Shown in pieces: positions 8,701 through 17,600 of a DNA stretch of 47,379 nucleotides. Below the pieces are notes generated by a model. That model saw nothing but the letters and a program-made list of their open reading frames with translations. It was not told the DNA's origin and ran no database searches. A program made the translations under genes and the position numbers. Position 1 is the stretch's first letter; every line of letters starts with the position of its first letter. The stretch spans positions 1 through 47,379 of the forward strand of contig JBJKZU010000089.1 in NCBI GenBank assembly GCA_045569095.1. The letters run 5' to 3'. The DNA comes from Fidelibacterota bacterium. Lineage in GTDB: Bacteria > Fidelibacterota > Marinisomatia > Marinisomatales > TCS55.

Positions 8701-10371
8701 TAAGCTTGCATTGGAAATATCCATTGGCAGACTATCCGGTTCTGAATAAATAAGTAAAGTATTGAATTCTAAACCATCTCCCACAAGGAATGCTGATTTT
8801 ATTCCATCAAAATCTTGGAACATGTTTTCAATTTTTTGGGGTGAAATAGTTTGACCACGACTATTTTTGTAAATTTCTTTTTTACGGTCAATTATATAAT
8901 AATGATCATATTTATTTTTAAATATATCCCCAGTATGAAACCAACCATCCACTAGAGTGGAACCGTAATTTTTACCAAAATATGATGAAGATACGTAGGG
9001 TCCATTTATAAGTAATTCTCCATCATCAGCTAAAGTAAGTTGTATTCCGGGTAATGGTACACCTACTGAATCAGGCTGGTATTCATTAATAGGTGTCATT
9101 GTAATTCCACCAGTTGCTTCGGTCATACCATAGCCACTTAATAGGTTAATTCCGTTACTCTGAAAAAAACGAAATACATCAGGGTCCAAATATCCAGCAG
9201 CTGAAAGCCCATATTTCAAATTTCCACCCGTTATTTTGTTTACAATATTTTTTATTTCTTTTTCTTTTCCATCACTAACGGGTTTGATTGAATCTGTGTG
9301 TTCCATCAATTGGATCCATCTTTTCGGTACACTGATAAAAATGGTAGGCTTAATTAGACGAAAGTCCTTTAAAAGTGATTTAAAATATGGAGATTCTGCG
9401 AATGTATAGGTTGCACCCCAAAAAATAGACCCCAATAATTCAAAGTATCTGCCAAATGTATGGTACAATGGTAGAAAGCAAAGGAATATATCGTCGCACG
9501 AAAAATCGGGAAGTGCCAATGCACGGGCAAAACGTTTGGTAACTATATTTTCTTGGGTGAATACAATTCCTTTTGGTTCATCAGTTGTTCCAGAGGTATA
9601 CATTACTGTGGCAAGATCATGCATAGAACACTGGTTGATACGTTTTAGCACATTTATATTAACAGAATCAACTGCTTGTGAAATAAAACTTTCCCATGGT
9701 TTGGCAAAGATAATTGCTTCTGCAGGGTCATCCAGGTGATAGATATCCAACGATTTTTGTTCAACTTTTGATTCTCTAAGAATAATTTGCACCGATTGTC
9801 CACCAATAAATAATTGTGTAATAGTTGAATTATCAATAATGAATGCTAGATGTTCTGGAGTAGTTGTAACTGGAATCGGTACTATTGTTATATGAAATGA
9901 AAGGCAAGCTAAGTCTATCAGCGCACCACGAATCGAATTCTCGGTAAATATGCCAATCGTGATATTTTTATCCGATATTGATTCAATAGCACAAAGCGCT
10001 TGACCAATTTGAATAATTTGGTCCCATATTTCTTGGTAAGTGAAATTGCGTATTTGATTTCCTTCAATTTCCTGAAAACATATTTTATCCCCATAATATT
10101 GTGCTCGGTGATTGATCAAATGTCCGACTGTTAATTTAGATTCAAGTATTAATTCATGAATTACCTCGAACCATTCTTCAATTTTATTTTCTTCGGAAAT
10201 AGTTTTATTTACGATCGATAAATGCCCTAATTCTAGAAAATCGTGTAGTTCCTTCTGATTAGGGTTTGAATCTTTTATCTGACTCGCTTTTGCAAAAAGA
10301 TCATTGGCTGTAGGTTGACTATCAAACAGGCTTTCAAGGTATTGAGAATGGGCTGATTTTTGGTTATTCAT
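5752..10371 (-). CDS. 1,539-aa multidomain protein: ANL-family acyl-AMP/CoA ligase + large unknown region with kinase-like core + C-terminal GNAT acyltransferase
   Basis: A single uninterrupted ORF. ANL motifs: MYTSGTTDEPKG, GYGMTEATGG, FHTGDI, IIDRKKEIYKNSRGQTISP. GNAT-like C-terminus: EWIVIRSKYRNKHLSNRLMDELM...FYKHGF. Confidence 0.85.
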   Translation of the reverse strand: MNNQKSAHSQYLESLFDSQPTANDLFAKASQIKDSNPNQKELHDFLELGHLSIVNKTISEENKIEEWFEVIHELILESKLTVGHLINHRAQYYGDKICFQEIEGNQIRNFTYQEIWDQIIQIGQALCAIESISDKNITIGIFTENSIRGALIDLACLSFHITIVPIPVTTTPEHLAFIIDNSTITQLFIGGQSVQIILRESKVEQKSLDIYHLDDPAEAIIFAKPWESFISQAVDSVNINVLKRINQCSMHDLATVMYTSGTTDEPKGIVFTQENIVTKRFARALALPDFSCDDIFLCFLPLYHTFGRYFELLGSIFWGATYTFAESPYFKSLLKDFRLIKPTIFISVPKRWIQLMEHTDSIKPVSDGKEKEIKNIVNKITGGNLKYGLSAAGYLDPDVFRFFQSNGINLLSGYGMTEATGGITMTPINEYQPDSVGVPLPGIQLTLADDGELLINGPYVSSSYFGKNYGSTLVDGWFHTGDIFKNKYDHYYIIDRKKEIYKNSRGQTISPQKIENMFQDFDGIKSAFLVGDGLEFNTLLIYSEPDSLPMDISNASLVTIREYYSSLVQSVNSFLAPFERVINFAIIKRDFNSDDELTQKGTYKRKQILKNFHEIINPMYEKNHITLSYNNYQIHIPNWLLREKGVSRNDVKWNGSKISIKNNKISLKLSWNNSKLVIGDFIYHTLEDSLDIQELLLSPELWLGNSTFAKFIGKSAFQLTKFEPIKILQLEFPTITDHSDKDMVNIEDSVSLPDLGNLHKATRQLYAGQLNGFIPFNYLLESNHGDLTRIAFNILISFRNFTDPSFRMKAIETMIPELSGELFFELLSETHQQYYEEKSKNGFTVNVKLLKDNHFEAILSKLGQFRKDIKRITKEQLSFIQILLPLVANYGINHPTKYIWARAELYWWQISDCPKSIISYAQKAQYNLVNGFRSWIGPNQKLAINRKNGTEYTWNDVIVFDELVKPELREMLVSALINTAVIRESIFLFYDHSLIDLDDIQPDGVWVTFLGKNHGKSVLRILVQTKHDEAYNFAININEEHEKIFMEEEIKWLVIMGSSIHGQNFVEEFGGYWPEYNLYTEEYIPGETLHQYLERNRSEIEENLAPDRWQMRWLHFIWSGAAAYINFWWRSDKKVRIGDPSPKNLIIPEHDYASGTRLISISNRNNTTGIANLLFSIYGEFIEDTENQYPGLKRMADWELIFSVILQVAKVKYGIPIIAQFKEEVNKDKIKLKKAKEFGLSIDRIDDFVDEVNNDGVLTKRMVFAALRYERWLDLNQNATLQARTTILQELYQDYNLGDLLLEYPETRVRFFLMTCLKDSRQELKDLLWELLRDLRARKVTEDDLQNRLHHIHENLKVNDEEQHFLTHLVFKHLAAADFIELVTMDEGEHGRIDLVMLCEDNDGNGYRIRPPFHPKEIARFHSLLIKSNLEPVFQGNHEFLLIFDMKDRLVGGVYWKESEKTNIVHFEWIVIRSKYRNKHLSNRLMDELMSRLRNKGVHYIIVGFFQEEFFYKHGFIIDKNFGGLVKDIQQNVQVNSLI
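5797..6159 (-). other. GNAT-like acyltransferase domain of the 1,539-aa protein (aa ~1405-1525)
   Basis: Beta-strand / motif-A-like segment VHFEWIVIRSKYRNKHLSNRLMDELMSRL, followed by IIVGFFQEEFFYKHGF. Boundaries are approximate. Confidence 0.6.
6772..7374 (-). other. protein-kinase-like / APH-like core, possibly catalytically degenerate (aa ~1000-1200)
   Basis: Motif order runs GKSVLRILVQTK, EEEIKWL, hinge-like YTEEYIPGETL, then catalytic-loop-like RIGDPSPKNLII. There is no His before the Asp and no DFG. Assigned by eye only. Confidence 0.35.
8512..10119 (-). other. AMP-binding (ANL) adenylation domain of the 1,539-aa protein (aa ~85-620)
   Basis: Full ordered set of ANL core motifs. It looks paralogous to the FAA1-type ligase at 28948-30777. 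Confidence 0.85.
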
Positions 10372-10399
10372 CTAGAGTATAATAATATGTTTTTTAAAT

Positions 10400-10428
10400 T
10401 AAAAAAAAAGGCCTTCTAATCGAAGGCC
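10400..10428 (-). terminator. rho-independent terminator ending the TonB-receptor / cargo / PorV-like operon
   Basis: On the minus strand: GGCCTTC-GATTA-GAAGGCC (stem halves at 10409-10415 and 10421-10427), followed by a 9-U tract (10400-10408). It lies 23 nt downstream of the PorV-like stop. Confidence 0.8.
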
Positions 10429-10450
10429 CTTTTGAAATAATAAAATATTA

Positions 10451-11548
10451 CTAAAGTCCGATCGAAAATGTTAGTCTATTGACTAACCCTAAGACACCCA
10501 TATCAGATACAGAATAATCTACACTAAAGTTGTAAGGTATAAAGGGAAACATTGCTGATGAAAGGCCAAAACCGAAGGCTGTTTTACTAGTATATCCATG
10601 AGCATTATCTTTATCAAGCATATCAGGTAGGTCATCAGAATCAATACTGTCATCTTCATCATCACTAAACTGAATAAATTTACTTTCTAGTCCAGCTCGC
10701 AGATAAAGACCACCCATTACTTTGACTTCAACGCCTCCAGCATAATATGGGTTATAATCTCTTGGGTCGTAATAGTCAATACTAACAGTGGCTTCAAGCG
10801 CATCATTTTTCATAATCGCATTTGGACCAACAGGTGTAATTGCGAACCCAGCACGAAAAGCCATGGGTAAGGCCCATTCTTCCGTTTGTAATTGTGCGAT
10901 TACATCTGGGTTAGCTTCTTGATCTGCATAGGGGTCCGTATCAATTTTTAAATCTGTACCCTTAAGCTGTAGTTTAGTTCCAAAATTTGTTATAGCCATT
11001 CCAATTATTAACCCAGAGAATCCTGTTTGGTATTGCGAACCCATATCAAAACCAAAAGCGGTGGCACTGGAAAAAGAAATGGATTCCTGGATTATTTTTC
11101 CATGAACACCAACTGTGAATCGATCCGAAATTTTTCGGCCGAACCCTAAACCCAGGGCCACATCAGAAGCACGGAAAACGACTTTACTATCCTGGTCAAA
11201 CTCAGTAGTCTTTTTCATTTCGCCCATATCCAAGTTATTAAGACTTATACCGATATTGCCGATTGTACCCACGGGTATAACCAGACCAAAATAACTGTGT
11301 TTCATATCAGCGATCCAATTGTATTGAGTTAGTAAAATCTGTATATCCGTGGCATGGGCAATGCCAGCAGGATTCCAGTGTAAGGCAGATGCATCGGTGA
11401 CGCTAGCTGTGTACGCACCACCAAGAGCCATGGCTCTGCTGCCTACACCAATCTTTAAAAAATTGGCAGCTGATGTACCTGTATTATCAAACTGCGCAAA
11501 CATAAAACAGTTAAAAGAGATTATAGCTATAATTATGTTTTTATTCAT
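10451..11548 (-). CDS. PorV/PorQ-family (FadL-like) outer-membrane beta-barrel
   Basis: Signal peptide, N-terminal signature FLKIGVGSRAMALGGAYTA...ALHWNPAGIA, alternating beta-strand pattern, and a C-terminal aromatic-rich strand. Confidence 0.7.
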   Translation of the reverse strand: MNKNIIIAIISFNCFMFAQFDNTGTSAANFLKIGVGSRAMALGGAYTASVTDASALHWNPAGIAHATDIQILLTQYNWIADMKHSYFGLVIPVGTIGNIGISLNNLDMGEMKKTTEFDQDSKVVFRASDVALGLGFGRKISDRFTVGVHGKIIQESISFSSATAFGFDMGSQYQTGFSGLIIGMAITNFGTKLQLKGTDLKIDTDPYADQEANPDVIAQLQTEEWALPMAFRAGFAITPVGPNAIMKNDALEATVSIDYYDPRDYNPYYAGGVEVKVMGGLYLRAGLESKFIQFSDDEDDSIDSDDLPDMLDKDNAHGYTSKTAFGFGLSSAMFPFIPYNFSVDYSVSDMGVLGLVNRLTFSIGL

Positions 11549-14500
11549 TTTATCACCGCTAGTTTTCCTGTGAATTCTTTGTCATTTGCAATAACGTGGA
11601 AGACATATACCCCAAACGATACTTCCTGATTATTATATGTACGTAGATCCCAGGCTTCAATACTAGGGCCTCTGTAACCTGGACTGTTCACATCATGTTT
11701 GATTACTTGTACTAATTCTCCGGCCGTATTGAAAATTCGAATTAAGCATTCTTCCGGTAGACCCATGAATTGAACCTCCCGTATGAATGCGATATGCTCA
11801 TAAACGGACGTAGCATTATATGGATTCGGCACAACGACAATTTCCTCTAAAATGCTATCGGTTACAGTATAAGCATTTGCAGTAGTTTCTATATGATAGA
11901 CATCATTGCCAGGCGATAAAGGATTTCTAAAATATATGTTATACACATCTCCTGGCTGAAAAAGAGTTTCATTCTTGTTGAATTGGAACATCCATCCAAT
12001 ATTGGTATTGGTATAGTAATCTGCCATGCCGACGCCTGTATAATCTTCATACACAGGCATTACAAAGAAATTTTTGATGAATTTGTAATGGCTTGGATTT
12101 TCAGCGTCCTCTTCGTAGATAGGCTTTGATCCAGCTGCCATATAAATAACAGCATTGATTTTTACGTTATCTTCAAGGGACCAGACCTCAAAAGGTATAT
12201 CTATTGTCTCTATGACACTTAGAGTTGCATTGAAATAAGTAGCAATAGAACCATCATTTGTAAATCTGAACTCAATATCCTTTTGTAGTAAATCACTATC
12301 AGGCCTATCTGATGGTTGAGGATCCAAGGGTGTATTTTCAACGAATCCAGCCCATGTACCATCATTCGAATTTGGATTAATGCCATTAAATAATATAGAG
12401 CCTGTTGTGTCCGAATTATTGGTTTGCTTTGCTGAGTCAAAACTGGTAACGGACCACGATCCTAAGGAAAACACGGGAATAAAACCATCCACGACATGTT
12501 TTAGTTGGCCAGATTCCACATCAGTATCATTTGATACAACAATGTCACCTGTCGATGTATTAACCATGTTCCATGAATTTACCGTTGCTGTATCACCAAC
12601 TATTGTTTGATTAAAGGTTACTTCATAGTTATAACCTTTACTTTCGAAATCTTGGGGCGATAATGAATCACCAAGGAAATCAAGGACAAAAGCGTCAGCT
12701 GGGACCAATTGTAAGATAGCATCAGACTTTCCTGATGTGTGGGTCGCCGTTTCAGGTATAGATCCTCCAGTGTATCCGGCTGCTTTTTTTTGTGCAACGA
12801 TTGCTATCGTATTATCATTATCACTGTAAAAAGCGTTCTTTGCTTTGGGATTCTCCATTGGGTCAACAGGCGCACCCGCCCAGTCATCAACGCCATCATA
12901 AGCTGATACAGCATACCAATATTCATAACCATTAATGATATTATTATCAACGTATGAATATTTTACCCCAGAATTAGAACCTAGATTATAATAAATGAGA
13001 GGATCCGTCATTACATGAGCCCCACTTTGATTATCATCATAATCATATATAGCTAACGGTTTATAGAAATCTGTAGGATCTCCATTTACATCAGTTATAA
13101 CCGTTCCCCATGTATTGCCTCTATCTGTACTTCGATAAACTCGATAACCTTGAAATGCATTATTCCCAGTAACGGGATCAATAGAAAATTCACTGCGATC
13201 ATCCCACATCAAAACAACTCTTCCTTCATCAACCGAAGATTGGACGACTGGTTGATCAGGTGGTTTTGGAGTAGCGCAGTTGTTATCATAAAGAGATTGA
13301 AACAGTTTTGCATTTCGAATTAAATCAGTTTCATTTATTCCAGCAAAATCTGCAAAGGTAAAAATTACTTGCTCTCCAGGAGCAACATCCATTGGCCCAC
13401 CTGCAATTGCCCAAGTAATATCGGGTCCATAACTATATGGTTTTTGAAAAATATCAAACTCATTAGGTTCAATATTTTGAGGGGTTTGAATTCCGTGGGT
13501 CATCTGCTCATTATATGCTTGCGCATCGCTTTGGGCATCTTGACTATACTCAAAGGTATAAAAGTTGGTTACACCATATGTGGTATCAGTGCCGTCGCTG
13601 TTATATTTTGTTAAATCAAGAAACTTAGCACCTATCCATCCAACACCAGATGTGAGGTAGCCTTGTACTGCATCATCACGATCATAAACAATAGCAAAAT
13701 TTTCTAAAAGATGAGCATCTGTTGTGTCTACTAATTTTTCAGCAATATGAGGATCATTTTCAGTAATAAATAGTGCCATATCATCTGTCCATTCCGCACC
13801 GCCCTGTTCCGGTGCGTCTGGATCTCCGGCAATACCCATATAGAGGTCTTTCAGTGTATCTTTACCAACATTCGTCATTTTTTGAATAAAGATCAATCCG
13901 TCATTCCCAAAGGTACTAGAGTAGTTCAATACCCAGACATCAAATCGTACGTTTAATGGCCCGACACCCTGATTGCTTTCAAACGTATTGCCTTCTTGAG
14001 GGTCGTTATCTGTTACTACAAAATAGGCTTCACGATCCGCCTGCACTCCCAATCCGCATGGTGCATCAGGAAAACCACCCGGCCCCAGCTCTGGCTCAAT
14101 GCCTGGGAAATACAACGTATCAGAGCTGCCATCAGCATTATAAACAACTGACTCAAAAGTACCGGTTGGATCTTTTTCCCGTGGCCATAAAGCAGGCCAT
14201 GATTCAGGTACGTCACTAAATGCAATACCAATATTTGCATCAGTATCCGCATAACCGGCATCATATCCAGGTAGGGGTTCAAATTCTTCTTCATGATCGC
14301 GTACACTGCCACGGACGCCAACGGATACGGATGGTAAGCCATTAATTAACGCTCCTACCATTGGCGATTGCGTCCAGTAATAAGTGCAACAACCAGATTT
14401 CGCCATACTGCCCGCCGGGAATTCATGATTCAGTCCCCAGCGATCGTAACCATAAATTGCTGCATTAGACATCCGCAAGACCATGTTGCCTTTATCTAGT

Positions 14501-14682
14501 ACGGATAGTTTACGGTCTGCGTAGCCCATGGATCTATTTAGGCGTTCTGGTATTCTACCTTTTGCTGGGGCTACGTAATAATCATAGTAATCAGCTTTTG
14601 TAATATTGGGAATACCCTCTGAATTAATACTAGAACAAAAAACGAAAGTAATAAATGTAATTAATTTTATCTTATTTATCAT
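11545..14682 (-). CDS. 1,045-aa secreted protein of unknown function with an FN3-like segment and a T9SS-like C-terminal domain
   Basis: Signal peptide MINKIKLITFITFVFCSSINS and an FN3-like segment (VVLMWDD...GYRVYRSTDRGNTW). No catalytic motif recognised. Its start overlaps the receptor stop (TAATG) and its stop overlaps the PorV-like start (ATGA). Confidence 0.75.
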   Translation of the reverse strand: MINKIKLITFITFVFCSSINSEGIPNITKADYYDYYVAPAKGRIPERLNRSMGYADRKLSVLDKGNMVLRMSNAAIYGYDRWGLNHEFPAGSMAKSGCCTYYWTQSPMVGALINGLPSVSVGVRGSVRDHEEEFEPLPGYDAGYADTDANIGIAFSDVPESWPALWPREKDPTGTFESVVYNADGSSDTLYFPGIEPELGPGGFPDAPCGLGVQADREAYFVVTDNDPQEGNTFESNQGVGPLNVRFDVWVLNYSSTFGNDGLIFIQKMTNVGKDTLKDLYMGIAGDPDAPEQGGAEWTDDMALFITENDPHIAEKLVDTTDAHLLENFAIVYDRDDAVQGYLTSGVGWIGAKFLDLTKYNSDGTDTTYGVTNFYTFEYSQDAQSDAQAYNEQMTHGIQTPQNIEPNEFDIFQKPYSYGPDITWAIAGGPMDVAPGEQVIFTFADFAGINETDLIRNAKLFQSLYDNNCATPKPPDQPVVQSSVDEGRVVLMWDDRSEFSIDPVTGNNAFQGYRVYRSTDRGNTWGTVITDVNGDPTDFYKPLAIYDYDDNQSGAHVMTDPLIYYNLGSNSGVKYSYVDNNIINGYEYWYAVSAYDGVDDWAGAPVDPMENPKAKNAFYSDNDNTIAIVAQKKAAGYTGGSIPETATHTSGKSDAILQLVPADAFVLDFLGDSLSPQDFESKGYNYEVTFNQTIVGDTATVNSWNMVNTSTGDIVVSNDTDVESGQLKHVVDGFIPVFSLGSWSVTSFDSAKQTNNSDTTGSILFNGINPNSNDGTWAGFVENTPLDPQPSDRPDSDLLQKDIEFRFTNDGSIATYFNATLSVIETIDIPFEVWSLEDNVKINAVIYMAAGSKPIYEEDAENPSHYKFIKNFFVMPVYEDYTGVGMADYYTNTNIGWMFQFNKNETLFQPGDVYNIYFRNPLSPGNDVYHIETTANAYTVTDSILEEIVVVPNPYNATSVYEHIAFIREVQFMGLPEECLIRIFNTAGELVQVIKHDVNSPGYRGPSIEAWDLRTYNNQEVSFGVYVFHVIANDKEFTGKLAVIK
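11548..11838 (-). other. C-terminal beta-sandwich resembling a T9SS sorting domain (last ~97 aa)
   Basis: VVVPNPY...LIRIFNTAGELVQVI...FGVYVFHVIANDKEFTGKLAVIK has the motif order of Por_Secre_tail-type CTDs, but the sequence is divergent. Confidence 0.5.
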
Positions 14683-17600
14683 TAGAGCCTCACCGTGATA
14701 CCAATTTCAATATGCCTTGGTGCCTTCCAAAAATAAGGACGGTACATCCACATTGGTGATGTATTTGGATTGGTAGATTCGGTTGGTGTTCCTGTATCAC
14801 TGAAAACATTATTGACATTTGAATTATCCAGTACATTGTCTATATCAGCGTAAAGCCTAAGGTTGGCTAATTTAAGTGGGATATCATAATAGGCCCGCAT
14901 ATTCACTATCGCAGTGCTAGGCATCCTTGCCGAATAGGGATCATCAATGGGACGACCTCTAGCATCTGTTGGAGTATATGGCAAACCACTTCCGTAATTA
15001 CCGATAATATTTAATCCGAATCCCTTTGGATGCCTATAATCAACGCCATAATTAATTACATGAGTTTGATCCCAGGACATAGTAAATGTACGGTTATAGT
15101 CATGCCAGCCATAGACCGAAGCCAAATAGGCCACGTCCCAATGGAAAGATTCATTTGGCGCACTACCTTCCGCCCTAGAAAGCGTGTAGTTCAAGTACCA
15201 GGCTAAATTATTTTTAAAACTCTGCCGTAGTTCCAGTTCAAATCCACGACTATTAGCATAATCATGGTTTTCGTAGAGAGCGTACTGGGAAGGGTTTGCA
15301 TCATATATCGTCGAGGCAATTAAATCGTAAATATCTTTGTAATAAATTGTAAGACTAAGAATGTAAGTTTCTACAAGATGAGCACGGAAACCAAATTCAT
15401 ACTGCACAGTTCGCTCCGGCTTTACATTTGGACTACCAATTGTTGGTATATAAAAATCAGCAGTGTTAACAGGGAATGGGGCATAAGTATTCCCAAAATT
15501 AAAGTTATCGATATTTATTCCTGTCAGGCCTGGGGCAAGTCCACCCCCTCCATTTGTATTAGTGTAGCTGTATGCGTTTGATAAATTAGGATAGTCGAAA
15601 AAGTGTCCGTAACTCGCGTGAAATGCAATATTATCTGTAATGGGGTAACCAAAACCTATCCGGGGACTCCATTTTTGCTTATGGCTAGCCTTTTTTGCAG
15701 CTTCAAAAATGTAATTACCGTCACTATCACGTTTTGGGTTTCCATCATCATCAAGCTCTGCGTAACCCCAATCAGCATCTTCCATCTGGTCTTGCGTAAG
15801 TTGACTTAGATCCGATGGTTCATAGGTCTGACCATCATATTCATATAATGGTGTTCTACTAGGTTCAGGATAGCGTGAATTGGGATTTAGGCCATCGAGT
15901 CGCAGGCCTACATTAATGATGAATTCTTTGTATTCCATTTTATCCTGGATATAAAAAGATGATTCCTCAGGCTTGAATTCATACATTATCCAGCTTGGAT
16001 CTGAAGTGTTGCCAAAAGGACCACCGCCAATTGACGATCCAGAGAAATTTGAAATCTCATGATTTTTCCGGTCAAAACCTGTTTTGATCTGGTGGACATC
16101 GTTCACCTGCCAGGTTAATTCGGCACCAAATTCGCTGTAACTTGTACCATACCACTGGTAATGATGATACGTTGAATAACCAGGTCTGATTGTATCGCCA
16201 TAAAAGTTTACAACGGGGTAACTACCATAAAATTCATAGTTTGACGTACCATCATAGGCATCGCCTTCTCTAAGTATAGGGTCAACACCCACACTATATT
16301 CGCCATTACCATCTACGTCTTCATAATCTTCTTGATCTGGTATACCATCATCATTTTCGTCGCGGAAAATTGTCCATAACCCATCTCCATCCCAATCATT
16401 ATAATATTCTCCATCATCCCAGGTACCATTATTATTACTATCTTTCCAGTATTCTGCGGAACCGAAAGGACTGTACTGTCCGTCACCATTGTAATCTGCA
16501 TATGGTTCAGCATAATAACTTAGCCAGTTCATATTATCCCCAGCCGTGACTGTTCCTGGAATATAGCCTTCCCAATCACTGGGTATTGACACTTCTTCGC
16601 CCCATAGTTCATGCTTTTTATTTAATAACGGTTTATATCCATTGTGGCTGTTCCTGGAATAATTTTGCCCTTTTAAGGTGAAAAACATATTTTCTGTTAT
16701 GGCGTAGTTCAGTTTGAAATGAGTTTGCTCTGTTGTACCATAGCTGGTGGAATAACGACCAGGTAATTGCCTATAACTCATACTAAAGCCTTTCCCTTTA
16801 GATTGATAGAGATTAGTGCCTAGCGTAAGTTTTGCATTTTTGATTGGTTTTATAACCAATTTACCTGTGATTCGCTGGTACTCATTAAAAGTGCCTGTCT
16901 CTTCCCAGGCTCCCTTTTTTAATTCAACCGAGTCTGAAATTCCATTTGAGGTTATATCAGCCATTGCATATGTATCTTCACCGGCATCATACATGCCATC
17001 ATTATCAACATCAACTGTTAACACATCTCGTGGCAACTGATTTTTCCAAAGGTTGCCCTTCGATTCGTTAAAATCTGCAGTAAAATTAAAGTTTGCTATG
17101 GAACCAATGCCTGGAAATACAGGCCCACTAACATTGATAATATTTCTGCTTGTACCCCAGTTATTACTATTACCACCAAATTGATCCGAAGCTGTCGTTA
17201 CGCCGGCATGATAATTAGGAGTGCCTTCCTTGGTTACAATATTTACAATACCGCTCATAGCTTTTCCATACTCTGCATTAAATGCACCAGTAATCAAGGA
17301 TAGTTCAGAAATCGCATCTTTGGCTATATCCATGCTCATCCCACCATATAAAGCGTTTTCAATAAGAAAACCATCTACCAGATATGAAATTTCACCACTA
17401 CGGCCGCCCCTTAGATGAATACCGCTATTGTCATTTTCATTTTCTACCACGCCGGCCATTGTATTTATTATTTCATCAAAGGAGTTCACGGGCATATTCA
17501 CAATATCATCATCTTCAATCGTGGTAGTACTGGCAGTTTGATCCCGTACAATTGCTGGTCTTTTTGCTTCCACGATAACTTCCTCTCCTTCAACAGCAGA

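Noticed and set aside
10400-10408. A9/T9 homopolymer as a possible slipped-strand phase-variation tract upstream of the 1,539-aa gene.
   Set aside because: It is exactly the U-tract of the terminator hairpin that closes the upstream operon. That explanation is sufficient.
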